A stretch of DNA of 64,000 bases from Alphaproteobacteria bacterium (GTDB taxonomy: Bacteria; Pseudomonadota; Alphaproteobacteria; MPNO01; UBA830), in NCBI GenBank assembly GCA_964291215.2, contig OZ219791.1, positions 1,856,001-1,920,000 on the forward strand. Direction: 5' to 3'. The position numbers and the translations under genes were made by a program. Shown one piece after another: positions 41,704 to 53,174 of the stretch; position 1 is the stretch's first letter, and each line of letters starts with the position of its first letter. The notes beneath the pieces are model-generated. The model was given only the letters and a program-made list of their open reading frames with translations. It searched no databases and was not told the origin of the DNA.

Positions 41704-44700
41704 GCCTGATCGACGCCGCGTTCTCGCGTTCCCGCACCGTGCTGTCGCTGCTTGCTTTGGTGCTGATCGCGGGCTTGTTCGCCTATGTCAACATAGCGAA
41801 GGAGGCACAGCCGGACATCGCCATTCCCAATATCTACGTTTCCATGATTCTCAAGGGGATCTCTCCCGAAGACGCCGACCGCTTGCTTGTTCGACCGATG
41901 GACAGTGAATTGCGGTCCATTGAGGGCGTGAAGGAGATTAGGTCCAACGCTTTTCAGGGCGGAGCGACGATTCTCCTGGAGTTCGAGGCCGGATTCGATG
42001 CTGACAAGGCCATCGTCGACGTGCGCGAGAGGGTGGACGCCGCTCAGTCCGGCCTGCCGGACGAAGCCGACAGGCCGGAGGTGATCGAAATCAATCTGAG
42101 CCTTTTGCCGGTCGTCGTCATAACGCTGGGAGGCGAGTTTCCGGAACGGACGATGCTGAGGCTGGCGCGGAACCTGAAGGAGAGGATAGAGGACATCTCC
42201 AATGTGCTTGAGGCCAGCGTGGGCGGCGACCGGAAGGAGCGCGTGGAAATCATCATCGATCCCCTGATGCTCGAATCCTACGCCATCAATCCTGCGGAGG
42301 TCCTAAGCATCGTTCGCCGTTCCAACCGGTTCGTGGCCGCCGGCTCGCTCGAATCCGACAGTGGCAGCTTTGCGGTGAAGGTTCCCGGTCCGTTCGAATC
42401 GTTCCGCGATGTCTGGGGGATTCCGCTCAAGGCCAGCGGCGATTCGGTCGTCACGGTCGGCGACATAGCGTCTGTCAGACGTACCTTTGACGACCGCAGG
42501 ACCTATGCCCGGCTCAACGGCAGGTCCGCGATCTCTCTCGAAGTCAAGAAGCGGGCGGGAGAGAACATCATCGACACCGTAGAGGCCGTCAAGGCGGTCG
42601 TCGCCGAGGAAAGCGCGCGTTGGCCCGAGGGGGTCGAGGTCGAGTTTTCCAATGACGAATCGCACTTCATCCGCATCATGCTGACCGATCTGCAGAACAA
42701 TGTTCTGGCGGCCGTGCTGCTGGTGATGATCATCGTCGCAGGCACCCTTGGCCTGCGGACCGGTCTGCTCGTCGGCATAGCGATCCCGGGGTCGTTCCTG
42801 GCCGGCGTGCTGGTGCTGGCGGCGCTCGGCCTCACGGTCAACATGGTGGTCCTGTTTTCGCTCATTCTCTCCGTTGGCCTGCTCGTCGACGGAGCCATTG
42901 TCGTTACCGAGTATGCCGACCGCAAGATGATCGAAACCGCGTCCCAGTGCGCAGTGGGTCTCCAGGAATCCCGCAGGCTGGCCTACGCCGCCGCGGCCAG
43001 GCGCATGGCCTGGCCCATCATCGCCTCGACCGCGACGACGCTGGCGGCGTTTCTCCCGCTTCTGTTCTGGCCGGGGGTCATCGGCGAGTTCATGCGCTTC
43101 CTGCCGATCACGCTGATAGCGGTTCTTTCGGCGTCGCTCGCGATGGCGCTGATCTTCGTACCGACACTCGGCGCGCAGGTCGGCATGCCCGGCACCAGCA
43201 GCCGTCGCGCGATCAACCAGATGATCGCCATGGAAACCGGCTCCGTTCGTGACGTAAAGGGCTGGACAGGGATCTATGTCCGGCTCCTCGAACACGTTCT
43301 TCGCCATCCCGCCAAGGTGGCGCTGCTCGCCCTGTGCTGCCTGATAGCGGCCTGGACGCTTTATGCAAATTTCGGTCGCGGATTCGAGTTCTTCCCCAAG
43401 ATCGAGCCCGATCGTGCGGTGCTAAAGATATTCGCGCGCGGCAACATGTCCGTGGATGCCAAGGCCGGGCTGGTCAGAGACGTCGAACGCCAGATACTCG
43501 ATCTTCAGCGCGAGCGCGGGGAACTGAAGTCGATCTATATTCTGTCTGGACACATGTCGCGACAATCCGATACCCCCGCGGATCTGATCGGCACCGTCAA
43601 TCTCGAACTCGCGGACTGGAGGACGCGCCGCAAGGCCGACGAGATTCTCGCGGATATCGTGCAACGCTCACGACAGTTCGCGGGTATACGCGTCGAGACC
43701 GTGAAGGAAGAGGCGGGTCCGCCCGTGGGCAAGCCGATCAACATGCTCGTGAGTTCCCGCAAGCCCGAACTCCTTGCTCCCGCCGTTGCCCGGATCAGGT
43801 CCCGTCTGGAGAATATCGGCGGCCTCAAGGACATCGAAGATGACCGTCGGATCCCGGGAATAGAATGGGAGTTGAGCGTCGACCGGTCCCAGGCGTTCAA
43901 GTTCGGTGCCGATGTCGCGCTGATCGGTGAGGTCATCCGGCTTGTTACCAGCGGTTTCAAGGTGGCCGACTACCGGCCCGACGATGCCGACGACGAGGTC
44001 GAGATTGTCGTCCGCTATCCAGAAGCTCACCGTACGCTGGACCAGCTGGACAATATCCGCGTGCAGACATCGAAGGGACTGATCACGGTCAGCAATTTTC
44101 TGACCCGGGCGCCGCGTCCGAAGACCGGTGACGTGAAGCGGATCGACAGCCGGTTGTCGATGTCAGTTAAGGCGGACGTGCTTCCCGGCGTTCTTGCGGA
44201 CGACAAGGTTCGCGAGATCAGGGCGTGGATCGAGAACGAGGCATCGCTCGGCGACGAGATCGATATCACTTTCAAGGGAGAGGACAGGGAGCAAAAGGAA
44301 GCCGCCGCCTTCCTGCAGCGGGCCTTTGCGGTCGCGCTGTTTCTCATGGCGATAATCCTCGTGACCCAGTTCAACCGCTTCTATTCCGCGTTTCTCATCC
44401 TTTCCGCGGTGGTCATGTCGACCTCGGGCGTCATGCTGGGCCTGCTGATCATCGCCCAGCCGTTCAGCGTGGTGATGAGCGGAATCGGCGTCATTGCGCT
44501 TGCCGGAATCGTCGTCAACAACAACATCGTTCTGATCGACACGTTCGACCGCTTGGCAAAGACCGCATCGACGCCGACCGAGGCGATCCTGCGCACGGGT
44601 ACCCAGCGCTTGCGGCCGGTATTGCTCACTACCGCAACGACTATCCTCGGGTTGACGCCGATGGTTACGGCCGTGAACATCGATTTCATCACCCGCGAGA

Positions 44701-44876
44701 TATCGGTCGGCGCTCCGTCGACGCAGATCTGGCGACAGCTTGCGACCGCAGTCGCATTCGGTCTTGCGTTCGCCACCTTGCTGACGCTTCTCGTCACCCC
44801 GGCATTGCTGATGATCCGTGCCAATGTTGCCGCCTGGCGGGTTCGGCGTCGCCGCGTTGCCGCCGCCGCCGAGTGA
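41700..44876 (+). CDS. RND efflux permease (AcrB/AcrD/AcrF family)
   Basis: 1058 aa; GLLVDGAIVV.E, GIVVNNNIVLID, RLRPVLLT. Confidence 0.95.
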   Translation: MSLIDAAFSRSRTVLSLLALVLIAGLFAYVNIAKEAQPDIAIPNIYVSMILKGISPEDADRLLVRPMDSELRSIEGVKEIRSNAFQGGATILLEFEAGFDADKAIVDVRERVDAAQSGLPDEADRPEVIEINLSLLPVVVITLGGEFPERTMLRLARNLKERIEDISNVLEASVGGDRKERVEIIIDPLMLESYAINPAEVLSIVRRSNRFVAAGSLESDSGSFAVKVPGPFESFRDVWGIPLKASGDSVVTVGDIASVRRTFDDRRTYARLNGRSAISLEVKKRAGENIIDTVEAVKAVVAEESARWPEGVEVEFSNDESHFIRIMLTDLQNNVLAAVLLVMIIVAGTLGLRTGLLVGIAIPGSFLAGVLVLAALGLTVNMVVLFSLILSVGLLVDGAIVVTEYADRKMIETASQCAVGLQESRRLAYAAAARRMAWPIIASTATTLAAFLPLLFWPGVIGEFMRFLPITLIAVLSASLAMALIFVPTLGAQVGMPGTSSRRAINQMIAMETGSVRDVKGWTGIYVRLLEHVLRHPAKVALLALCCLIAAWTLYANFGRGFEFFPKIEPDRAVLKIFARGNMSVDAKAGLVRDVERQILDLQRERGELKSIYILSGHMSRQSDTPADLIGTVNLELADWRTRRKADEILADIVQRSRQFAGIRVETVKEEAGPPVGKPINMLVSSRKPELLAPAVARIRSRLENIGGLKDIEDDRRIPGIEWELSVDRSQAFKFGADVALIGEVIRLVTSGFKVADYRPDDADDEVEIVVRYPEAHRTLDQLDNIRVQTSKGLITVSNFLTRAPRPKTGDVKRIDSRLSMSVKADVLPGVLADDKVREIRAWIENEASLGDEIDITFKGEDREQKEAAAFLQRAFAVALFLMAIILVTQFNRFYSAFLILSAVVMSTSGVMLGLLIIAQPFSVVMSGIGVIALAGIVVNNNIVLIDTFDRLAKTASTPTEAILRTGTQRLRPVLLTTATTILGLTPMVTAVNIDFITREISVGAPSTQIWRQLATAVAFGLAFATLLTLLVTPALLMIRANVAAWRVRRRRVAAAAE

Positions 44877-45236
44877 CTGCAATCGCAAAAGATGGATGGC
44901 TCCGGGCGGGCGGGCGACACGGCGTTCCACGAGATGGCCCCGGCCAGACGGATTTCCTGGTCCCAGTCGCGGTCGGCGGTAAATGAACTGCTGCCATGTC
45001 GGGGAGTCGGATCGTTCCGGCGGAAAAGGCACACCGGTGCGGGCGGTATTTTCGGGCAGGGATCCGTGAATACTCGGGCGCGAATCCGGTCTGGCTGCGA
45101 TATCCGCCTCGCGCCCGTTTCCCGCGGGTGTCGCGCCAGGCGGGCGATCCCACGCCGGTTCCTGTGCGACGACCCGTCGTCCTCTCCCGGCTTGTCGCTG
45201 CACTCCATGGACCGCGTCGGCGCGGAAGACCGGCGG

Positions 45237-46184
45237 TTAGGCATGTTGCGCCCCATAGTACAGGGCGGAAACGTGGGTGGCTTCGGCGAAGAACAGCCAC
45301 CGTTCGACCAGCACGCCCGCCGAAGCCGACAGCGCGGCGACGAACGTCCCCGGTACGGCGATCCACGCCTCGCTCTGGGCGGTTGACGCCGTGAGGATCG
45401 CCGGGATGACGAACCATGCGACGAAGCTGATGCGGCGGAGCTTCTGCGCGTGCTTGCGCGCGATCCGGTAACCCATCTCGCGTTGCACGAAATTCTCCTG
45501 GGTGTGCGGCGGATCGAGAAGCCTCACCGTACTGTCCCGCCCGAGCCCGACCGCGCTTCCCGGTGTCCCAGGCCCCCGGGTGCCGTCGATGGATCGCCAG
45601 TAGGCGCGTTTTGTGTACCAGGCGAGAAACAGCGGGATGATCACCACGAGCGCGATTTCCGGAGAACGGATTCCGAACATCTGCCCCACCGCGTGGAACC
45701 ACAGCGCCCCGGTCAGCCAGGCGAAGACCAGATAACCGGGCACCGTCATCCTGTTGTGCCAGGCGTGAATCGTGCGCAAGGTCGCGTAGATCATGCCGGT
45801 TGCGTGAACCGTCAACACGCACAGTATCGCCAGGACGACGGCAAAGACACTGAAGCCGCCTTCGAGGCTGCCCTCCGCGATCCATCCCCAGCCCGTGAGC
45901 GCCAGCGGAACGTAGGTTGCCGTGGCGAGCACGCCTTCGCGGGACAGCCACGACGACTTCCACTGGGAAAAGGCCCGCCAGGCCCGTTCCGGGCGGCCAA
46001 GATGGAATGTCGATGCCAGCAGGCCGACGGTCACCAGCACCGTCCCGATGCCCAGCCCGGCAACGCCCAGCCATGGGTCGAGCGGCGCCTCCTGCAGCAC
46101 GCCGTAGAGCGCCGTCAGCGCGATCAGCCCGTATCCGGCTCCGGAACAGGTGGTGAAGAAGATGACGGAGTAGGCTGGATGCAT
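45237..46184 (-). CDS. soeC: DmsC-type membrane anchor of sulfite-oxidising Mo enzyme
   Basis: MHPAYSVIFFTT, HLGRPERAWRAFSQWKSSWLSRE, ERWLFFAEATH. Confidence 0.85.
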   Translation of the reverse strand: MHPAYSVIFFTTCSGAGYGLIALTALYGVLQEAPLDPWLGVAGLGIGTVLVTVGLLASTFHLGRPERAWRAFSQWKSSWLSREGVLATATYVPLALTGWGWIAEGSLEGGFSVFAVVLAILCVLTVHATGMIYATLRTIHAWHNRMTVPGYLVFAWLTGALWFHAVGQMFGIRSPEIALVVIIPLFLAWYTKRAYWRSIDGTRGPGTPGSAVGLGRDSTVRLLDPPHTQENFVQREMGYRIARKHAQKLRRISFVAWFVIPAILTASTAQSEAWIAVPGTFVAALSASAGVLVERWLFFAEATHVSALYYGAQHA

Positions 46185-46206
46185 GCGGATATCGGGATCG
46201 GGCGGA

Positions 46207-46947
46207 CTAGCGCGACAGTACGCGGTCAACCCACCTGAGGAACCGGCCCTGTTCATCGGACTGCAGAGAAATCACCGGTTCGAGCGGTTCCGGTCCGTCG
46301 GCCGACGCCGGTGGCCGCGGAGGCAGGTACCGGTTGACGGGCCGGTAGCCCAGTTCCGGCAGCAACTCGCGTCCGTCGCGCTCGGCGACCAGCTGCGACA
46401 CCTCCGAATCGGGGTCGCCGAGATCGCCAAAGTGGCGGGCATTGGCCGGACATGTCGAGACGCAGGCCGGCACCCGTTCGCTCTCCGGCAGGTTCCGGTT
46501 GTAGATCCGGTCGATGCAGAGCGTGCATTTCTTCATCACGCCGGCGTCGCTGTCATATTCGCGGGCGCCGTAGGGGCACGCCCACGAACACAGCTTGCAC
46601 CCGATGCAGGCGTCTTCGTTGACCAGAACGATGCCGTCTTCGTCGCGCTTGTAGGACGCGCCGGTCGGGCACACGGTCACGCATTCCGCGTTCTCGCAAT
46701 GGAGGCAGGAGCGCGGAAAATGGAGCGTCCGGCTTGATGACCCCTCGCCGGCCTCGAAGGTATGCACGCGGTTGAACCACACCCCGGTCGGGTCGGCGCC
46801 GTAGGGGTCGTGGTCGGGAAGCGGACCCGAATGGCCGCCGGTATTCCACTCCTTGCAGTTCACGGCGCAGGCATGGCAGCCGACGCAGGTGTCGAGATCG
46901 ATGACTAGGCCAAGCCGGACCGGCCCTTCGGGTGGGAGGCGCGTCAC
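46207..46947 (-). CDS. soeB: 4Fe-4S subunit of SoeABC
   Basis: DLDTCVGCHACAVNCKEWN, SCLHCENAECVTVCPTG, CIGCKLCSWACPYG; GTG overlaps soeA TGA. Confidence 0.88.
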   Translation of the reverse strand: MTRLPPEGPVRLGLVIDLDTCVGCHACAVNCKEWNTGGHSGPLPDHDPYGADPTGVWFNRVHTFEAGEGSSSRTLHFPRSCLHCENAECVTVCPTGASYKRDEDGIVLVNEDACIGCKLCSWACPYGAREYDSDAGVMKKCTLCIDRIYNRNLPESERVPACVSTCPANARHFGDLGDPDSEVSQLVAERDGRELLPELGYRPVNRYLPPRPPASADGPEPLEPVISLQSDEQGRFLRWVDRVLSR

Positions 46948-49856
46948 GGGCCGGGCTCCCGGCCGTTGCCGGCGCGCGATGCGCGCGGCGCGAATGCGGC
47001 GCCGTAGCGCAGTATTCCGGGCCGTCGCGCAAAACCGGGGGAGGGGGGCTGGGGCGGCAGTTCGGGCACCGCCCCGACACTCTCGCCTGGCGCCATCTTC
47101 TCGATTCGGACGCACAAATCGTACCAGGCTGCCTGGCCGGTGATCGGATCCGAATTGGCGTAGCGGTAGCCGTCCTCCCGCGGCGGCAACAGTTCCGAGA
47201 TCACATGGTTGAGGAGGAAGCCCTGCGTTGCCTCCGGCGCGTCCGGGGAGAGGTTCCAGGCGCCCGCGCGCCGCCCGAGGGCGTTCCAGGTCCACACCGT
47301 GTCGCGCTGGGTGCCTTCCATCAGGCGTATCCGCGCGCCGATGCGGCCGTGGCGGCTGATGACCCAGACCTGGTCCTCGTCTTCGAGGCCAGCGGAGGCG
47401 GCTTCATCGCGATTGACGTAGAGCCGGTTTCCGCCGTGGATCTGGCGCAGCCAGGCGTTCTGCCCGCCCCACGAGTGATACATCGCCATCGGCCTCTGGG
47501 TGATGGCATGAAACGGGTAATCTTCTGCGCCGTCGTGCTGGGATTCGAGCGATCGGTACCAGACCGGCAGCGGGTCGAAGTAGCCCTCCACCCTGACCCG
47601 GTGAACCTCCGGCGGCCTGACCGCCCCGTGGCCGCCGGCCGCGAGCCGGAATCGCTGGAGCGGCTCGGAGTAGATCTGCATGATAATCTGCTCAGAGGAT
47701 CTGATCCAGCCCATGTTCTGCGCATAGTCGAGATAGTTCTTGTTGGCGTGCTTGTAGTAACGGAGGCCGGGCGGCAGTTCCTCGCGCCAGAAGCAGCCGT
47801 TCTCGACATAGCGGTCGAGTTGTCGGGCGTTTGCGTCCCCCCTGCCGCGCTGTTCGCCGTCTTCGCCCCGCCAGCCGGCCAGCGGCCCGATTCCCGGCAG
47901 GCGCTCATGGTTGACGATGTAGTCTTCATATCCCCCGGGATAGGCCGGCGATCCGTCGTCATTGGTCATTCCGGGCAGTCCGAGCCGTGCGCCAAGATCG
48001 AGCAGAACGGACTGGAAGGGGCGGACATCGCGGTCAGGTTCCACCACCGGCTGGCGGATGGCGTCCGCGGCCCCGTCGGCGTTGCCGATGGGCCGGTCGA
48101 GCAGCGAGATGCAGTCCCAGCGTTCGAGATAGGTGGTGTCCGGGAGTATCACGTCGGAGAAGGGGACCATTTCCGACCAGAAGGCGTCGGAATAGACGAT
48201 GAAGGGAATCCGGTACTCGTCGCTGTCCGGTTTCCGGTCGGTCAGCATTTCGATCACGCGGGAGACGTTCATGGACGAGTTCCAGGCCATGTTGGCCATG
48301 TACATGAACAGTGTGTCGATCGGGTACGGGTCCTCCTTCCAGGCGTTGGTGATGACCATGTGCATCAGGCCGTGGGCGGCCAGGGGAGCCTCCCACGAAT
48401 AGGCCTTGTCGATTCGGAGCGCCTGCCCGTCCGCGTCGACCAGGAGGTCGTCCGGGCCCGTCGGAAATCCCAGCGGCGGCCCCGCCAGGGGCGTGTCCGG
48501 CGCAACCTGGCCATCCTTGCCGACCGGTTTCTGGGGCGGCGGACACGGGCGCGGGAAGGGGGGCTTGTACCGGAAGCCGCCTGGCACGTCGATTGATCCC
48601 AGCAGCATCTGCAGGAGATGGATGGCGCGGCAGGTCTGAAAGCCGTTCGAGTGCGCGGAAATGCCGCGCATGGCGTGCATCGCGACCGGGCGGCCGATCA
48701 TGCGGTCGTGGCGGCGTCCGGCCCAGTCGGTCCATTCCGCCTCGATCACGATTTCCCGATCGAATGCCGCCTCCGCTAGCTCGGACGCGATCCGGCGGAT
48801 CTTGTCGGCGGGAATGCCGCAGCGCAGCGCTGCCGAATCCGGCGCATAGGTGGTGTCGAGATAACGTTCGGCGAGGAGCTGGAATACCGGCGTAGCGCTG
48901 CGCCCGTCCTCCAGCGTGAACGAGCCCGCCATGACCGGCGAAACGGTCGGGAGCCGCGCGTCGGCGGGCTGTCCCGAATTGCGGTCGAAACACAGCGGTT
49001 CGCCGTCCGGGCCGCGCGCGAAGAGTCCGTCATCCGGTGCTCCCCGGTCCCTGATGACCAGCCACGGCGCGTTGGTGTAGCGCGCGAGAAAGTCGAGATC
49101 GACGCGGTCGGCCCGTAGCAGTTCGTGGATCAACGCAAGCACAAAGGCACCGTCGCTGCCGGGCCGGACGGCGACCCATTCGTCGGCAATCGCCGAGTAG
49201 CCCGTCTTGACCGGGTTGACCGACACGAATTTCGCGCCGCGTGCCTTGAGGGTCGCAAGTCCGCCCTTGATCGGGTTGGAATCGTGATCTTCGGCGACCC
49301 CGAACATCATGAAATACTCGGTGTGCTCCCAGTCCGGCTCGCCGAACTCCCAGAACGATCCGCCGATGGTGTAGAGCCCCGCGGCCGCCATGTTCACCGA
49401 GCAGAAACCGCCGTGGGCGGCATGGTTCGGCGTCCCGAACTGGCTTGCCCACCACGCGGTCAGCGACTGGCTCTGGTCGCGGCCGGTGAAAAAGGCGAGC
49501 TTTCTCGGATCCTCGGCCCGGACGCGCGCCAGCCGCCGGGTCACGAGTCCGAGGACTTCTTCCCAATCGGCCTCGCGGAACTCGCCCGACCCCCGCGGCC
49601 CGGTGCGCACCAGCGGTCCGGAGAGGCGCGCTGGCGAGTGATGCTGCATGATTCCGGCGGAGCCCTTGGCGCACAGGACGCCCTTGTTCACCGGATGATC
49701 GCGATTGCCTTCGATGTAGCGAATCTGCCCGTCCCTGAGGTGGACCTTGATGCCGCATCGGCACGCGCACATGTAGCAGGTTGTGGCGCGGGTCTCGTCG
49801 GCGACGGTCGGCGACAGGTCTATCTCTTCTTCGGGGGTGAACAGTTCGCCTATCAC
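46944..49856 (-). CDS. soeA: Molybdopterin catalytic subunit of cytoplasmic sulfite dehydrogenase
   Basis: TTCYMCACRCGI, FFTGRDQSQ, AAHGGFCSVNMAA, HAMRGISAHSNGF; no Tat signal. Confidence 0.88.
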   Translation of the reverse strand: MIGELFTPEEEIDLSPTVADETRATTCYMCACRCGIKVHLRDGQIRYIEGNRDHPVNKGVLCAKGSAGIMQHHSPARLSGPLVRTGPRGSGEFREADWEEVLGLVTRRLARVRAEDPRKLAFFTGRDQSQSLTAWWASQFGTPNHAAHGGFCSVNMAAAGLYTIGGSFWEFGEPDWEHTEYFMMFGVAEDHDSNPIKGGLATLKARGAKFVSVNPVKTGYSAIADEWVAVRPGSDGAFVLALIHELLRADRVDLDFLARYTNAPWLVIRDRGAPDDGLFARGPDGEPLCFDRNSGQPADARLPTVSPVMAGSFTLEDGRSATPVFQLLAERYLDTTYAPDSAALRCGIPADKIRRIASELAEAAFDREIVIEAEWTDWAGRRHDRMIGRPVAMHAMRGISAHSNGFQTCRAIHLLQMLLGSIDVPGGFRYKPPFPRPCPPPQKPVGKDGQVAPDTPLAGPPLGFPTGPDDLLVDADGQALRIDKAYSWEAPLAAHGLMHMVITNAWKEDPYPIDTLFMYMANMAWNSSMNVSRVIEMLTDRKPDSDEYRIPFIVYSDAFWSEMVPFSDVILPDTTYLERWDCISLLDRPIGNADGAADAIRQPVVEPDRDVRPFQSVLLDLGARLGLPGMTNDDGSPAYPGGYEDYIVNHERLPGIGPLAGWRGEDGEQRGRGDANARQLDRYVENGCFWREELPPGLRYYKHANKNYLDYAQNMGWIRSSEQIIMQIYSEPLQRFRLAAGGHGAVRPPEVHRVRVEGYFDPLPVWYRSLESQHDGAEDYPFHAITQRPMAMYHSWGGQNAWLRQIHGGNRLYVNRDEAASAGLEDEDQVWVISRHGRIGARIRLMEGTQRDTVWTWNALGRRAGAWNLSPDAPEATQGFLLNHVISELLPPREDGYRYANSDPITGQAAWYDLCVRIEKMAPGESVGAVPELPPQPPSPGFARRPGILRYGAAFAPRASRAGNGREPGP

Positions 49857-50032
49857 GGGTTTCTTCGCTGTTTGACAGTGCCGGCCCCGGCGGCGTTGAG
49901 GAGATTTCGGGGGCGGGTAATCAGGATCAGCCGGGAAGGCGCGCCGCGAAATGGTGCATGAATCTTGGCGCTCTCTAGCCTCGCCAACCTATGCCGGAGG
50001 CGTCGGTCGGTCAAGCGAACCGTGCTGCCTCC

Positions 50033-51693
50033 CAGGGCTATTCTGTTGCCGTCCCAGCGATCGGCGCATGCTGATTTTGGTCCGGGCATTCCGTTTTCGC
50101 CGTGGCAGTGTGCCGGCATGGCGACGCTTGCGACCCCGGATTCCCTCCTTCGCGAGGTGACGGTGCGCCCGTGGCGCACGTGAGCACCGGCTCCGGGACC
50201 ATCTGGTGAAGGAGCATCACTAGCTGCGGTTTCACGGCATCAAGGGTCTGCGCCATGTCGCCCTGCACGGCGAGACCTAGGTGGTCGGCTGGCGGCGCGT
50301 TCAAGCTTGCTGCACCGCTGGATCGCTGCGGAGCAGCAGTGCCTGCATCTGATCGCGAACAATTCCCGGTTCGTTGGGGGCATGCCGAACCTGGCGTGCC
50401 TTCGACGGCTGGACATCGAGGCCGCGCGTTCCTCGCGGAGATGTTCGTCAAGCGCTTCGCCGGAACCTGCTATCGCGCGGCGAACTGGCGCTCGCTTGAC
50501 GCTCGGTCGCGAGCGGCTCCGCGCGCTTCCGTCACCACGGCCAGGAGATCTTCATGTACGAACTGGGGCCGCCGGGACGCGATCCCGGAGAGCGCAGCAC
50601 GACAGTGCCGGGCCCCGGCTGCGCAGCCTGTGCCTGGGCGAGGTGTGCCGCAAGGGCAAGCGCTATCCGCTGAGAACCATTCTCGCGGCTCGCCGGCTAC
50701 TGCGGCGTGACCGCATTCGCCGCCCTCCAGGAACAGCTTGCGGCGGTGAACTCGTTCTTCAGCCCGAAGCGCTACACCGCACCCACACCTTCCACACCAT
50801 CCTCGCTGACCTGCCGCCCGAGACCCTGCCCTGTGGACGGCCCGGCAGCAGACACGACGGCAAGGACATCCGCAGCGCCTCCAGCCGAGAACGCCCGGCG
50901 GATGATGGGGTCGAGCACGGATGGTTCTCGGCCAGGCGAAGAGCAACGAGACCCCCCTCGCCAGCAGCATCAACGTCACCGGCCGCATCGTCACCATGGA
51001 CGCGATGCACGCTCAGCACGAGCGGCGGCTTCTCGAGCGCCGCATGTCGTCACGGTGATCAAGAATAACCAGGAGACCATGCTCGACGACCTCAAGGCCA
51101 TCGACTTCGAGGGCTCGTTCGAAACCCTCGACAAGGGCGCATCGAGCGCCGCCGTGGTCGACATCTCCGGCGCCGAGCGGAACCGCTGCGCTGCTCTCCA
51201 CGGTCGCCGCCATCCGCATCGAGCGCGAGATCTGCAAGACCAAAGAGAGCAGCGTCGAGACCACCTGGTGCCTCACCTCGCTCGGCCCCGAACGCCCCGA
51301 GATGCTTCTGGCGCGCGGGTCATCGAAAATCGACTCCGCCACGTACGCGATTTCACCTGCGACGAAGACCGCTGCAGGGTGCGCCGCGCAACCTCTTGAC
51401 AAACGCCGCCATCGTGCGCTGCGGCGGACACTTCATGCCCGAGGCCAACCGGCACTACGCCGCCCGCGCCCGGGATGCGCACCATCCTCATCCCGCAGAT
51501 AAACCTTCGCCCCTGACCCCGCGCCACAAGCCGGGAACGCGCCGACGCAACAGGACAGCTCTGCTCGAACACTCGAAAAAGCGTGCCCGGCCTGATGCAC
51601 CAGCCACTGAAACCGGCCCACAGTAAACCCGGGGTGCCATGCCAGGTCCCTGTCACATCAGCAATCCACAGGCCCGACAAAAAAATGGTCCTG
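50033..51693 (+). mobile_element. Degraded DUF4338/ISAs1 element
   Basis: Ends CAGGGCTATTCTGTTG / AAAATGGTCCTG; 10-bp TSD TGCTGCCTCC / CGCTGCCTCC; LHLIANNSRF, RFAGTCYRAANW, IENRLRHVRDFTCDEDRCR. Confidence 0.85.
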
Positions 51694-52043
51694 CGCTGCC
51701 TCCCACGATGACCCCATGCTAATTCGGAGACGCGAAATCCGAATGCGTTGGGGCTCGCGTCATCAGGGATCGCCTCCTTGACCGCAATTTTCGTGCCGAG
51801 AAGGCCTTATCGAGCCTTGGCGGCACGATTGCAGCGCGACGCAAACTGAAAAAATCTCGCCAGTTGTTTCAGGTTAGCAGCGTGGGATCACCGTGGCCAC
51901 CTTCCGGCGCGGCAAGTTCCTACTTGCCACTGACGGGGACAGGCACCATATAGCTCTTGTGGTTCGGAGGGGTTGTTCCGAGCCTTGCGGGGCCGGAAAC
52001 ACTTTCGGATCATAACCACGCCCGAAACCAGAAAGGAACCGGA

Positions 52044-52703
52044 ATGTCTCTCAAAATCGGCGACGACGCCCCGAATTTCACGGCTGACACCACGATAGGC
52101 CGGATAGATTTTCACGAATGGATCGGGGACTCGTGGTGCATCATCTTCTCGCACCCGAAGGACTTCACGCCAGTCTGCACCACCGAGCTTGGCTACATGG
52201 CCAAGCTGAAACCGGAATTCGAGGCCCGCGACGTCAAGGTCATTGGCCTCAGCATTGATTCCGCAGACAGCCATGCGGGCTGGTCGAAGGACATCGAGGA
52301 CGTGACCGGCCAGGCGCCCAACTATCCGCTGATCGCCGATACCGACCTTGCGGTCGCGAAGCTCTACGACATGCTGCCGGCCGAGGAGCCCGGTGACGCT
52401 TCCGGGCGCACCGCGGCCGACAACGCGACGGTGCGGACCGTCTTCGCAATCGGACCAGACAAGAAGATCAAGCTGATGCTGGCCTATCCGATGAGCACCG
52501 GGCGGAACTTCGACGAGATCCTGCGTGTCGTCGATTCCCTGCAGCTCACCGCCAAACACAAGGTTGCAACCCCGGTCAACTGGCAGTCCGGAGAGGATGT
52601 GATCATCCTACCGGCGATATCGGATGAAGACGCGCGGAAAAGCTATCTGGATGGTTGGACGGCTCCCAAGCCCTATCTTCGCATCGTGCCGCAGCCCGAA
52701 TAG
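52044..52703 (+). CDS. 1-Cys peroxiredoxin (Prx6 family)
   Basis: FSHPKDFTPVCTTE, YPMSTGRNFDEILR, VATPVNW. Confidence 0.95.
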   Translation: MSLKIGDDAPNFTADTTIGRIDFHEWIGDSWCIIFSHPKDFTPVCTTELGYMAKLKPEFEARDVKVIGLSIDSADSHAGWSKDIEDVTGQAPNYPLIADTDLAVAKLYDMLPAEEPGDASGRTAADNATVRTVFAIGPDKKIKLMLAYPMSTGRNFDEILRVVDSLQLTAKHKVATPVNWQSGEDVIILPAISDEDARKSYLDGWTAPKPYLRIVPQPE

Positions 52704-52753
52704 GACGCCATGCGGGAACCGCAAATCCTCCGCCCTTCGGGGCCGAAGCCGGC

Positions 52754-53023
52754 ATGAGCGTCGCAGAGACGATCGAGAGGAAGCTGCGGGATGCGTTTAC
52801 GCCGACGGCGCTCAACATCGTCGACGAGTCTCACCTTCACGCGGGCCATGTCGGCGCTCGCGCTGAAGGCGAGACCCATTTCCGGGTTGTGATCGAGGCC
52901 GAGGCCTTTCGCGGCGGATCGCGGGTCGATCGCCAGCGGCAGGTATACCGCGTGCTCCGGCAGGAGCTTGACGGTCCCGTTCACGCGCTTTCGGTATCGG
53001 CCTCGGCGCCGGCCGGCACCTGA
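52754..53023 (+). CDS. bolA: BolA family protein
   Basis: IVDESHLHAGH, GETHFRV, SRVDRQRQVY, VHALS. Confidence 0.92.
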   Translation: MSVAETIERKLRDAFTPTALNIVDESHLHAGHVGARAEGETHFRVVIEAEAFRGGSRVDRQRQVYRVLRQELDGPVHALSVSASAPAGT

Positions 53024-53174
53024 CCGGCGGTCCGGCGTGTCCCGCCGGGTCCGGGAGTGGCTTCCAGGGGCGCATGGGTCGACAACAGGCTCGCCCGGAA
53101 CTTCGAGTGCCGGGAGGACGATGCGCCGGCCCCGGGAAGGGAGCCCGAAGGCTGCGGAACTTCCCCGGGGAGGT

